A DNA stretch of 63,455 bases, the filler included, from Octopus bimaculoides (Eukaryota), in the NCBI RefSeq assembly GCF_001194135.2. It is 5 parts of 5 records of this genome, joined end to end, with 100 filler letters (N's around TTAATTAATTAA, not from the genome) between each part and the next. Parts side by side here need not be neighbours in the genome. Positions count along the whole stretch, not along the records: positions 49,403 to 57,319 come from NC_068989.1; positions 57,420 to 63,455 come from NW_026409259.1; 3 more parts are not named here. The stretch is one strand, 5' to 3'. Below the pieces are notes generated by a model. It was given only the letters and a program-made list of their open reading frames with translations. It was not told where the DNA came from and did no database searches. Shown here piece after piece: positions 49,858 through 63,455 of the stretch. The first letter of the stretch is position 1. Each line of letters starts with the position of its first letter. The position numbers and the translations under genes were made by a program.

Positions 49858-50518
49858 CTATATGCATTTACACATAGGTACATACAAAAATTTGAAGTAT
49901 ATTACATTATGATACACAGTCGACTGTATTCTTTAGATATTTTCTGTATCACATTTCTGGCCTATAGTTTTCCTAACATATTTAGTTACGCAAAAAATCT
50001 CACCAATACTAAACGGTGCCACTACTAAATAACTATAACCATTCCCCATACACTGACCGCCCCCTTCTTCCTCCAACCGAAATAATTTTTGTATAAACAT
50101 TTTCCCAAATCTTTAACGCTTTTCATACCAACCCACCGCACAGCGCCTCTCTTTCATATTGTTCATATTTAAATTACAACTTTCCATTATAATTTTATGT
50201 AAGAACCTTTAGTTAAGTTATATCCCAAACTCTAACCTAATATGCCAATTAATAATTGAAAATTATTTCTTGTTTTTTTGCTATATCCGACAAAATTGTT
50301 AATTATTTTCAAAATTAATCGAAACACAGGCAGTTTATTTCATTAGAAATATGATGATAAAAGAGTTAATTGAAGCAGCACCATCGACTCCTACACCATG
50401 CTGCATCTTTTTAATGCTATTATAAACGTTCATACATCTGTGAAGTAGTAATTGTGTGCTAGTAGTAACTAATTCTCTCGCCGCTCATCCGATTTTCACT
50501 TATGCGTGAAATACTGGG

Positions 50519-50530
50519 GCCGCCATCTTG
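50519..50530 (+). promoter_or_regulatory. YY1-type motif GCCGCCATCTTG
   Basis: Exact 12-mer in a small CpG-rich patch; function untested. Confidence 0.3.
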
Positions 50531-52819
50531 CCCATTGCTATACTATGCACTGACTGCACTGCGCCACGTTATGTTACACTGCACCAGATAGACTGCAGTA
50601 TGTTACATGCCAAATGCAAAGCTACTTTCTGGCCCACGATAGAGTGTCTACTTGGTCGTACGGATTGTTTAAATGGCAATCAAATCTTCCTTAAATCACA
50701 CCGTTTTATTTTTAAATAAAAAGCGCGTAGGGGGCTCTGGATTCTTCACCTGAAATATAATAATAAAATGAAGGACAGTCAGATCTACTAGCTTTTCCCA
50801 TAGCTGTTTTCGATCCGGGAACTAAACAGCGATAACATCGACCATAACAACTATCCCGGCAAGAAGAACACTAGCAACAACAATAACATCAGTAACACGG
50901 TCTCGTGAGAGGAGAGAGGACAAAGCCCTGCTTTTGAAGGGATTCCAAGATTGGCTAGAAGAATAGAAGGTCTTGATATACTGGATGCCTAAAGGAAAAC
51001 TTGCAACAGAATGCACCCTGCTAAAAGCACCCTAGAATCAGGTGAGGCAATTTATTCGGGACCAACTGCGTAGATCTTGTTACAGGTGCCCAGTGACCAA
51101 GTGAAGAGATAAACTGAGTGACAATAGAGTGGATCCTGATGAAAACTGGATGAAAAATATTGATCTGACCCTGCTAATGGCACCCAAAGCCCAGCTAGAT
51201 CGGTAATGAAGGGGACGCTTTATAATTACTTTCCACAGACGTCCAAACAAGGTTAATCTTGTGAAATGCAATCTAAACTGAAAGAAAATTCGCAAAATCA
51301 AATAATTTGCTCGTAGTGAATTTTTCTCTTGTTGTCGGACCCCTTCTCAGAGACATAAGTTCGGCATGCGCCTTTTAGAAACTCGCGAACTTTTTAATCT
51401 GACCTCAGCGGAATTTCCGGAAGAAATTCCTGTCAGTATTTTTGTCTTACCTGTTAAAAATTCTGTCAGCTCACCGCCTTTATACTAACGTGGCGGAAGT
51501 TCCCATGTATTACTTTTGTCGGAATAGACAGACACCTGAGCTCTCGGAACTTGGTTATTAATAATAATTATAATAATAATGGTTTCAAATTTTGGCACAA
51601 GGCCAGCAATTTCGGGGAGGGGATCCAAAATGATGAAAGGCAAAGTTGACCTCGGCGGAAATTGAACTCAAAACATAAAGACGATCGAAATGCCCGACGT
51701 GCTAACAAGTCTGCCGCCTCAATAAGTGTAATAATAATAATAATAATGATGATGATGATGATGATGATAATAATAATAATAATAATAATAATAAAAGAAA
51801 CAAGCTCTACGAACACCCGAAATGAATGATTTGACACTTGTATCCATTGGTTCATTAATCAACAGTCATATTTATCCATTTTCCCCTTTCAAAATATTTA
51901 ATACTAAATTATATAAAAGGTGGTGTGGATAGATAACTCTGCATTTCATGACGGTCAGAAACTTGGGTTGAAGTTCATTTCGGTTGTAAGGAATTTTACC
52001 TTAAACATTTTTGCCGTCAGAAACTTCGCCATAAGAGATTTCATCACGTATTTTTAATGTTTGGCGTTGAATAAAGACTTGCTTCTTAACGCGTTAATAA
52101 AACCGTTTATCATTCTTTTGCGTTTTAAAAAATACCAGTATAAATCGCTTTATCGTTGTGCATACAAGGAATTTGTCTTATGGCTAGTTATCCTATGTGG
52201 CGAAATTTCTTACTGGGAATTTTCCGGACTAGAGTAATTCCAGTTTATGAATTGAGCTTATATTCTTATATTAATTTCGAAGCCGATAGAGTGTTAGATA
52301 GATTGCTGTATGTATTCGAGCTGTTTTAATCTGCGGTTGAAATCTCTTCGTTTTATACTTTCGGTGCCGATAAATAAAGAACCAATTTCGGTGTAGTTGA
52401 TTGATACGATTAATACGAGTGTCGACAGAGATGTTATGCATCATCTGTTCCGTTCTTTACATCTTGTGTTCAAATCTTAACCTCCTATCATCATATTCTT
52501 TGTTGTAAGTAACAACGGCTCGTCTAAGACCTTGCTAACCGTGATGCGTCTCTAAATTCTCCGAATGTTAGACCAATCAGAGCAGTGCATCGATTGCAAG
52601 AACATCTCTGAGATATCAATATCAAAATGTAGCAGAATCTGCACTTAAAAAGAAGCTGGATAAACGCTAGGACAGAAAAACAAACAAATTATTTCATACA
52701 GCTATTGGACAGTGGCCAAAGTGAAGCACGGCCAAAAGTACTTTTGAGTCAATTCTATCGAATCTGACACTTTCTACGGAACATATTTTATCGCTTTACA
52801 ATGTTCTGGTGTGTTTGAA

Positions 52820-53240
52820 GGCAGCGAGCTCGCAGAATCGTTAGCACGCCGAGCGAAATGCTTAGTGGTATTTCGTCTGTCTTTACATTCTGAGTTCAAA
52901 TTCTGCCGAGGTTGACTTTGCCTTTCATCCTTTCGGGGTGGATATATTAAGCACCAGTTACGCATTGGGTTCGATGTAATCGAGTTAATCCCTTTGTCTG
53001 TCCTTGTTTGTCCCCTCTATGTTTAGCCCCCTTGTGGGCAATAATGAAATAAGAATCGTTGGCACGCCGAGCGAAATACTTAGCGGTATTTCGTCTGTCT
53101 TTACGTTCTGAGTTGAAATTCCGCCGAGGTTGACTTTGCCTTTCATCCTTTCTGCGTCGCTAAATTAAACACCAGTTGCATAATCGACAGTCCCCTCCCC
53201 CCAAAACAAATTCCGCTCCTTGTGCCTAGAGTAGAAAAAA
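52820..53240 (+). mobile_element. Two tandem SINE family B copies
   Basis: Heads at about 52820 and 53050. Further copies lie at 51580-51720, 53680-53895 and 56995-57210. Confidence 0.85.
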
Positions 53241-53904
53241 ATGTTCTGCTGCTGTTGGTGGTCTTCTTGTTTTTGTTTTTGTTCTTGCTACTCTTACTGC
53301 AGCCATTTTTGTTGTGGCTGTTACTCCATTGTTTATTGTTGTTGCTGTTGTTCAAAACACTTAATTTCATGTTGCTCCAGTCCACACAGTTGCGAAGGAG
53401 CACCTCACCGCCGCCGACTGACTGACGTCCCGTCCAGGCGGGGCGTTGTGATCTCGGTCGTTGTGATCACGAAAACCAGGTAACAGAGGTTATGGGTCCT
53501 AGGATTCGAAACGGTTACGTCCAGCGGTTGATGATGATGATGATGATAGTGATGAGGCTGTTGCTGTTCTTGTACTTCGTTCAAATAACACCACATGCCC
53601 CTTTACTGTTCATGAATTAAACGAGATCTATCAAATAATATACCAGTAATAACCTGCGGTCAATTTAATCACGTTACAAAGCGGTGAACTGGCAGATTCG
53701 ATACCGCTTTGGACAAAATGCGTATTGACATTTTTTCAGGACTTTACGCTTTGAGTTCAAATTCTGCCATAGTCGACTTTGCCTTTCATCCGTTCGGGGT
53801 TTGATAAAATAAGTAGCAGCTGAATACTGGGGTCGATGTAATCGACTTACCCCACCTCTAAAAATTGCTGGCCCTGTGCCAAAATTTGAAACCAATTTAG
53901 ACTA

Positions 53905-54218
53905 GACATTCCCAATATTTACAACCACGGACCCCTAGTAATCCAATGGAATCTCCTACGGACCCCCAGGTTTTTGAACGGTATCCCTACTCAATAAATC
54001 GATTATATCAATTAACAACAAACTCGTTTTCACAGTTTCATCAATCAATTAGAAAAAGAAGTTGATTGAATAATTAATTGTATGCAGCTGAGTAATTATA
54101 TATTTGGCATTGCGTTTTTTATTATTTTTTTAATAAACTTCGAACACAGCTCACAGGCATCTTATACAAGTTGCAGGGATCCGCAAGGGGTCTACAGGAC
54201 CCCCGGTTAGGAACCATT
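53905..54218. mobile_element. Possible hAT/Charlie-type MITE, decayed
   Basis: The right end reads AATGGTTCCTAACCGGGGGTCC on the minus strand; ggacccc subterminal motifs occur at both ends. No TSD recognised. Confidence 0.3.
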
Positions 54219-54575
54219 TATTTAGCCGAATGTGTTCCCTGCCTAAAGGCATAGACATTTGTTACAATAAACAACAACGAAATCATTAACAGGCACTTTA
54301 AAAACACAAAAAAAACTGATAAAATACCGAATTATCATTTATGCAGCTCTTACATTTATTGCAGCTACCACTGCTGCTGTTGTTGTTGTTGTCGTTGTTA
54401 TTGTTGCTTTGTTGTTGTTGTTGTTGGTGGTGGTTTCATAGTCATTGCCGGTGTTGCTTACAGACGGAGATTAACCTCGCTGGTTGTTTCTGTAGGATTT
54501 CAGATCTGATAATATTGTTGTTTATTACTGTAACTGAATGAGATGTGATCATTGACGTCATCATTGTCACTCTCC

Positions 54576-54610
<35 letters not shown>

Positions 54611-54789
54611 GCATTTGTTGTTATTATCTCAATATGTGTGCGGATAGACATTGTGTATTCGCGTATAAATCTAATGTAAATGAATCATTAACTGATTTTA
54701 ACGATAATTAACCCAGTTATTCGATTAATTGATCGAACTATTCACTGGATTATAAACCCAAGTGGATGGGTATTCCGCAGATATTCTCT

Positions 54790-55410
54790 TTTTCTTTTAT
54801 TCTTTTATTTGTTTCATTCATTTTGTCTGGGGCCTTGCTGGAGCACCGCCTTTAGTCGAACAAATCGTCCAGAGGAATTAGTCTTTGTAAGCCTAGTACT
54901 TATTCTATCGATCTCTTTTGTCGAACCGCTAAGTTACGGGGACGTAAACACACCAACATCGGTAGTCAAGTGATGTTGGGGGACAAACACATACACATAT
55001 ATATATGTCGGGCTTCTTTCAGTTTCATTCTACCAAATCCACTGACAAGGCTTTGGTCGGCCCGAGGCTATAGAAGATAGCACTGTTACTCCGTCGATTA
55101 CGACGATGAAGGATTCCAGTTGATCCGATCAACGGAATAGCCTGCTTGCGAAATTAGCTTGCATGTGACTGAGCACTCCACAGACACGTGTACCCTTAAC
55201 GTAGTTCTCGGGGACATTCAGCGTGACACACAACGTGACAAGGCTGGCTCTTTTGAAATGCAGGTACTACTCATTTTTGCCAGCTGAGTGGACTGAAGCA
55301 ATGTGAAATAAAGTGTCTTGCTCAAGGACACAACGCCTCGCCGGGAATTGAACTCATGACCATATAACCATGAGCCGAATACCCTAACCAGTAAGCCACA
55401 CACCTCTTCA
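54790..55410 (-). mobile_element. SINE family A remnant (54790-55075) abutting SINE family E (55085-55410)
   Basis: Homology to the other copies in this window. Confidence 0.75.
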
Positions 55411-58400
55411 CATATTTATGTCCCCTTCAAGTAAACATCCTGCAAACACAGTGTTTCAATGTACGTGTGACAAGGGTGGACTTGTGCATGTCATCTGGCG
55501 GGATTCCACGCAGTTTATGGCAGCGCAATTTGAACTGCAAGGCTGGTAACAACCCGTAGCCCTTGTCCAAGATACTCAAGTTCAGGATTAGAAAGTGGAC
55601 TTGTTAACCACTCGGTCATATCTGTGTATTCATAAACGCGTACACGGATGTACAAACTGGGAAGAGAAGATTGGGCTCGGCTGTTTAGGCGCGGCTGTTT
55701 GGACGCTGGCAGTTTGGCGCTGCTGACTGTACATTCAGCGTGTTTTGATGACGGTACTTTTTGACGCACGCACGCACGCACGCACGCATACAGACACATA
55801 TTTTATACTAAAAGTGCAAAAATAAATGAAACATGCAATTATATTCACAGATTACCCCCTCTCCAATTCTTATCACGAAAAAAATAAAAATACACTGCTT
55901 AGACTCATTGGATTACAAGGGCCTGTGGTTGAAAATCTTGAGAATGACTGGATTAAATTGACCACAAGTTATTACTGGTACGTGGTTTGATAGATCCAAC
56001 AATAATTTCAACATCATCGTCAGCTGCTGGACATAACTGTCTCGTGTCCAAGTTACCTGTTTTCCATGAGCTATAAGTGACCGAAATCATAATGCATCGC
56101 CTGGACCTGACGTTAGTGGGTCACAGGGTAACTCATTTAGAGCAGCGTAATAAGAAGTGTTTTGTACAATAACAACAGAAACAATACACTGCTTATAGAC
56201 ACTCTCTATAAGAAGTGTATTTATCTCCGGCCATGATAAAAATCTTTAAAAACGTCATTACTTATTACAGCAAAGCTGTGGCGAATGATGGATTCAAGGC
56301 AATCATAAAATACAAACAAAATAGCTAAACTCATATCCAACAATAAAGCAGTATATTACTTGATATAACTAACTCTGTTAAAGTGCCAATAACCAATTAA
56401 TACATTATATTAATGAAACAACATCTCCACCCCCTCCATAAATACCATAAAATATTCAATACAGAGACTTATTCTCCTATTCTTCTCTGTTCAAACTCAA
56501 TAATTTATCAAAGCTGGCAAGAGCAACATCAACTGTGTGTTTAGTCACTGGAGTCTAACAGTCTTGGTAAGTATATTAAATTACCAATGCGCAAGAAAAA
56601 AATCCCAATGCGTCGAAACAAATATAGGGCTTACATAAAATTCATTCAAACGGGGTTATAACAACACAAAAATATATTTCGAAACAAAAAAAGATGGCAC
56701 CTTACTTTATTCATTCGTTTGGAAGTAGAAAAGCAATAATGAAGGATATTTTTAAATGATATATAATCTTGGGCGTTTCGCCATATTGGTGAAATGAAAA
56801 CAACAGCATGGCCGCAGTCTCATAGCTGAAACATATAAAAGAATAAAAGAACAAAAACCCCCCAAACACACGTAATTTATGTTTCTTAGAAATCTGCGAG
56901 ACTTTATGAATAGACACTGAGAGAGAAACTTTTTCATGCAGGCATATAAGTTTCAAAGATTTTCTGATATATTAAACTTAAAGGATATTCGTAAAGAGGC
57001 GACCTGGCAGAATCGTTAGCACGCCGGATGAAATGCTTAGCGGTATTTCGTCTGTCACTACGTTCTGAGTTCAAATTCCGTCGAGGTCGACTTTCCCTTT
57101 TATCCTTTCGGGGTTGATTAAATGAGTACCAGTTACACATTGGGGTCGATGTGATCGACTTAATCCCTCCCACTAAATTTCAGGCCTTGTGTGTACAGTA
57201 GGAAGGATTTATAGGATATTCAAATGCGTTTCATAACCTAACATTTTGTCTTTCCCTTTCATTTTGAGAAATAATTGCGTTACAAGGAAGAAAGTATTTA
57301 GTTCACATCGACTTAAACANNNNNNNNNNNNNNNNNNNNNNNNNNNNNNNNNNNNNNNNNNNNTTAATTAATTAANNNNNNNNNNNNNNNNNNNNNNNNN
57401 NNNNNNNNNNNNNNNNNNNATATATATATGTATATATATATATATATATACATATATATGTGGGCTTATGTATATGTGCATGTATATATATATATACGTT
57501 TGTATGTATATAAAAGTTGAGTTTATTGCTGTGTTTGTACCTTAAATGCTATCTTTTTTTTTTCATTAGTAAATATTTAATCGTTGCAACGTTCATTTCT
57601 CGGGTGCATCCACACATTGCCGTTCTTTAGATCTGATACATTGTGGGGCATCAAACACGTCTCATTCACACATTTCTGATAAGGCACCGACTCTCGTCTC
57701 CTACAATTCTCTTAAGAATTTAAAGCAATTTAAGAATATCCGCTACAATTGAATGACACCTCATCGTTCAAATCAAATCAGGGTATCGACCCCACAGTGC
57801 ACATACTTCAATTCCTAGCGTTTCGATTCATGGATAATTTCCCGTCACCCGAACATCTTTTTAAGGTTTAATTATTTTCCAAGGGAAACAGTAACTGGAA
57901 GTGATTTTATTGATATCAGAAAATTAAGGAAAATCGCCTGGAATGTATAGTTTACCACAGTAAACACTTATAAACTTTTACGCTTTCAAGGTGTTGCATA
58001 TTTAATGATCAAGAAGGAAATTATCATTAGTCATTAAAACAGGTATGTATTCTTTGTCCCATAGTTTTAGTATCTCGTTTGCTTGTAAAAGCCGTATCCC
58101 AGTTGTTTTCTATGCCACTGTATTGGAGATATTTCGAATTGATAGTGAATCTTAAATCCAATTCAAACGATAAGGTGATATCTGTTGATGCATACAACTT
58201 TCTTACAATTGAAAAGACGAATTTAAACATTGAAATTTGAAATAAAACTGTTACCTAATAACTCATGTTTAGTTGTCTGTCAAATATGCTCCTGCTACAT
58301 CTTGGTAATTGTTGCATTAGAAACGTTTTAGTCACTACAACTTAAAATTAAACTCTCAAGTTTGTTTGTGGCAATGTTTAGATTTGAAATTCAATAGCGT

Positions 58401-60152
58401 ATATGACAATTTTGCTATGTTTCGCATATTCTCTGATTCAATCATAGGTATCTTTTGTGGAAGCTACGCACATGCTCGGTTCCACAAGGAATTGTCATTA
58501 GGAAATCCATTAAAGCTGAAATGAATAAACTGCAAGCTAGGGGAATAATTATAACTTCAAGGCCTTCATGTCGTTCTGAAATTGCTGAATCCCATAGAAG
58601 ACATTCAGTGGTACGTTACGCATTTACTATTAATAATTGTAGTCACAGCTAACTACTTGCATTTTCAATCACATTGGACAGTAATATTTCGCTCCAAATT
58701 CAAGGACACCGTCACCTCACAACTGTTGGCCTTTATGCAGTATTTTTTGTCCCTTTGTGGCCAACATTTTACAGCCTTTGTAAAGTAAAGACCGAATTAT
58801 GCAAGTCCTGAAATTGTATTCTGGAGCTACCAAAGGATAGCCGATATTTTGCAGTGCAGCGAACATCTTGAGAGCATAAATGAACTAGATCGTTAATTTC
58901 TTTATATGGCAAAATATTGACAAAATATAAGAAGCCATCATGAAAATATCCAAGCGTTCTCTAATTGTTCTCACCGTTGGGGTTTTCGTTCGTCTATAAT
59001 AAACGTGTATTCAATTCCCATGTTCGTTTTTGGAAAGAAAAAAAAACATTTCCTGACAGGTTGAAACCGACTGCGGTTACTATTTCAAGTTCCCCTGGGT
59101 GTAAATTTCAAACAATTTGGGCCTTCGATTAAATTGTAATGAAAATGGACAAAACATTTTGCTTGTAGTGCAACATGCTTGTTTAGAATTAAATATAATT
59201 TAGATCTAACATTGGAAATACTAAACACTCATTTTTCATCAATAGATAGATTTAATGGATTAGATTTAAACCAATAAGGGCATTAATCAATGGTTAAATC
59301 TTACGTACTTTCAATTTGGTATGAGAGCAATTTGTAATGTCCTTCTTGATACGATGAAGCACGTCACCAAAGTGAAGAAAATATTATTCTACTGAAAGAT
59401 GGAAACGTTCGCTTACATTCGACTTGTTTAAACCTTCTCCATCTACCCCAGTAAAAAAGATACAAAGATAATTCTGTGCAATCAGTTTTGTTATTCGTGT
59501 CTGAAGTTTAACTAGCAGGAAATCTTTTTAAATATCAAGTCTTATTTTGATATGATTAATAAGTGTTACATCAAGCTGTAAAAGTGGTAAATCGTAAAAA
59601 GATAATAAAATTGTAAAGTTACCTGTTTATATTCCTTATCCAGTACTTAGGAACAACACAGGAAATATTTTCTACCGAGGTAAATATCCCACCTAAAATT
59701 AAAGAGAAAATAAATACATTAGTTTAAAATGTATTGTATATAGATCCATTAAAGATACATAGTTGAATGAAGATTTCTATTATTCATTGTTTAACAAAAG
59801 GTACACATAAGCATGTTACTGCATTTGTGTGTGTATGTATGAGTGTCTGTAAATATATATATATAAATGTATTCAGTATGTATTTATGAATATATGTATG
59901 TATGTATGAAGAAAGAAAGAAAGAAAGAAAGAAAGACAGAAAGAGAGGGAGGAAGAGAGAGAGAACGTAACAAATGTAAGGAAGCAAGTGAACCTCAGGA
60001 CATAGATTTACGCTTAATATTTATCGTATCAAAAGTGGTGGTGAGAAACAAACGCAAACACACGCATACACACAGGCATATATATATATATACAAACACA
60101 TATACATACACTAGCACATACACGCACGTACATAGAGATACACACACACACT

Positions 60153-60184
<32 letters not shown>

Positions 60185-60272
60185 GGGAGAATTCACAAAA
60201 AAACAAAAGACGAAAACAGGTGGTGTAGACAACAAACATATGTATTAGTTTAATGCTCAGGAAGTGAACATG

Positions 60273-60309
60273 TCTTTAATGTTTCGAGCCTACGCTCTTC
60301 CACAGAAAG
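60273..60309 (-). ncRNA. Hammerhead-like module, family D
   Basis: ccuuu CUGUGGA A GAGC-GUAG-GCUC GAA ACAU U aaaga, inside the repeat at about 60183-60350. Confidence 0.4.
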
Positions 60310-60706
60310 GAACAAGGTGAGAAAATAAAGAATGTGTAGTGGCTTAGAGAAAACAGAAAAAGCAAACAGAGTATATACAGATATACATACATACATACGA
60401 CAGGCGTCTTTCATCAAATTCACTCACAAAGCCTTTGGAGGCCCGAGGCAATAATAGAAGACATTTGTTCAACGGACCATACAGTGGGACTGAATCCATC
60501 GCCGTGTGTTTGGGAATGAAACGTCTTATATTACAGAAACACGCTAGTATTTTGAAAGATCCCTTACGTGAACCCAACACATTGTCTCTGTGAAATGTTT
60601 AGACTTGTTAGCCTCTGCCTCTCAGCAGAACCATAGCATCACCAGCTCGTTTTAGAAGCCCAATCTTTAAAATCTCCAGGTTTATTGTACACTTTCAGTC
60701 TGTCTG

Positions 60707-60738
60707 TATCTCTTTCTCTCTCTCTCTCTCTCTCACAG

Positions 60739-60772
<34 letters not shown>

Positions 60773-60781
60773 ACACACACA

Positions 60782-60868
<87 letters not shown>
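60707..60868. repeat. Compound (CT)n-(CA)n microsatellite
   Basis: Direct reading; one of dozens of (TA)n, (CA)n, (GA)n, (TATG)n and (GATA)n tracts in the window. Confidence 0.9.
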
Positions 60869-60871
<3 letters not shown>

Positions 60872-61131
60872 CGTACACCGCAATGATCCATGCATATATT
60901 ATATACATGCATATTAATCCAGTCTTACATAATACGATGTGCAATGCAGAATCTTGTTGTAAACGCCAATATGAATGAAAGTCCATTTCTCATGTTCTCA
61001 ACGCTTAGTGTACCATGCCTTACAGATATCTTTCTAATTACCATTGAAACAGTTCTACACTTCAATAGAGGCCTACAGCTGCACGTAGATATGCACATGC
61101 ATAAGCATGCACACATGTAAATCTCTCTCTT

Positions 61132-61162
<31 letters not shown>

Positions 61163-62634
61163 TTATCTCTCTCTCTCTCTCTGTATCTCTCATTCTCTCT
61201 CTCTGAACATAAACATCCACTCAGACACAGTACAAGGAGAAAGAGAGAGGGCAGGAAGCGAGTTAGTTAAGCATTTGAATAGGAAACTTACTACATCATA
61301 TAATACTTTTTGTTATACCATTCCACCGATAAATGAATTTTTTGTCTTTATACCTCGGTTTCTGAAGCGTTAATGAACAAAATGCCAATTACGTGCTTCC
61401 ACGAAAGAATGCAAGTATATTTGACATTTAGTTTGTTGTCGACAGAAGATGGCACCTGCATTATCACATATACTCTGCTCTTATATATTTCTATTTATAA
61501 GAATGATCTACATACACCTGTTCTTCATATTTCTGGTGATAATTGTTTACTCTTCTGGATTTTGATCCACTGTTTTTTGATCTACTTATGTTGTTTTGAA
61601 TCTACAACACGATTAATTTTAGCCTAAGTTTTACCCTTCTCTAGGAGACATATTGTTGCGTAAAACGTAACTATGATCAACCAATCATTTTCCCCGTGAC
61701 ACATTATCGGCAGCTATAATTTTAATGGTTGCCGCATAGGATCTAAAAGATATTTGGCAAAACTTTTTTTTTTTAACAAAGAAGCGACTAATAAAAGACC
61801 CTTGTTTAAACTATTCAATGATTAAGACAATACTTAATGTATATGTTTCCAATACAATGATTTCTTCAATAATGATAACCACAAAGCAAGAGATATGCGC
61901 ATGTTTAGGCATAGTGGATTCTAATTTCATAGGAACGATGCAAATATAATCAATCCTGACATGATTTTATTCCAGAAACCAGCGGAAAATAATTAACTCG
62001 AACACGGCATTCGTTCATGCACCGTACTATTTTTACCATTTTATTCTTTTTATAGGAATAATTTAATCAAATTTTATCAATTTAATTGAATAGCTCTTTG
62101 TGAATTCCATATTGTTTGGGTCCCAACAGCGTAGTGACAGCAATAAAAACAATTCTCGCTTTTTATTGTTTTTACTTGCTTCTTTTTCTTTCGAAATGTT
62201 ATAACTACAGAGAAGATAAACACCAAAGAGTTGTAAAAACAAGAGTATCTGCACTTGTTCTCCTTATCAGTTTGGTTTTCGTATTTCTCCGACATATCGA
62301 CAGATACATCTATTCGCTTCGGTTTGTTTATGTATTTTAGATTTACAATTGCTGTTGAAAGATTCGCATTCAGAGGAATATTTAGTGTTTGACTATCTTT
62401 GAAACAATTTTGCTTAAGTTCATCGTAAGTGTTTTTTTTATTATTGCTATTTCTTTCGAATGATTAAGTCACTTGCTGGTTTAAAGGGGAAAATAACTCA
62501 ACGCATTATTGCACTTATAAAGTTTTCGTGTTTTTTCATTGATGATATGAATACTACACACACAATCACAGTCACACACAAATACAACCCCCACACACAC
62601 TCGGATATACATACATATACATACATATATGGAT

Positions 62635-62740
<106 letters not shown>

Positions 62741-63050
62741 GTATAAACACGCACACATATATGTACATATACAGATATACATACGTATGTGTGTCTGTTT
62801 TTGTGTATGTGAACAGGCATATTTTCCCCCTAATGCATAGGCTTGCTCGTAGTTGTTGATTAAACAGAGAAAACATATAAGAAACGTCTGTTGAGAAGAT
62901 CACAAAATAAAATCTGGGGCAAACGAAGTGTGAATAACGGTGGCAAAGAGAGTAACTGAAATGGAAACAGAAGATATAGCGAGATATTTAGAATAAAAAA
63001 AATAGGGAGGTTAGGCAGAGGAAAGAACGCAGATGGGGATTGAGTAATAG

Positions 63051-63103
<53 letters not shown>

Positions 63104-63111
63104 TATAGAGG

Positions 63112-63145
<34 letters not shown>

Positions 63146-63159
63146 GAGATAGTAGATAC

Positions 63160-63206
<47 letters not shown>

Positions 63207-63455
63207 CGCAAATGCAGTGTGAAATGCATATAGGAATGTAAGCATATATTGTTTGTAGTATAGTGTGAAAATTCTCCTCCCTATCAACTGCAGCCTGGTC
63301 ACGAAAGCCATGTTGTTCTACGTGTACCAAGCGTTATCTTTGTAGCATATTTCACACGCGCACACACACAAACACACAGAGACACACACGCACACACACA
63401 TATACATATATATATGTATATATGTATGTATGCATATATATATATATATATATAT

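Noticed and set aside
55480-55620. Faint Gypsy-integrase-like peptide (DSTQFMAAQFE)
   Set aside because: Too short and degenerate to support.

Overview
AT-rich, microsatellite- and SINE-dense eukaryotic DNA with many assembly gaps. The repeat families look like those of Octopus (inference; no search run). The only confidently recognisable gene segment is an 864-nt minus-strand coding exon (23838-22975) for the N-terminal PTB domain of a TBC1D1/TBC1D4 (AS160/pollux)-family Rab-GAP. No further exon of it was recognised, so 1-22.9 kb is probably intron and the rest upstream or 5' intronic DNA. A candidate plus-strand signal-peptide exon (10782-10887) suggests a nested antisense gene. The remainder is transposon debris: three tRNA-SINE families, RTE, CR1, L1/Tx1 and R4-like LINE pieces, mariner, Tigger, Merlin, and three Penelope-like (Naiad-type) fragments. 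Two things stand out. (1) Four unrelated families of minimal hammerhead-ribozyme modules (8 motifs), including a head-to-head tRNA-SINE/hammerhead dimer inside a 13-bp TSD and a 232-bp hairpin with one hammerhead on each strand. (2) A 565-bp GG...CC element with an 8-bp TSD whose inverted arms are telomeric repeats around a symmetric promoter-like core. Repeat boundaries were read by eye and are approximate unless given to the base.
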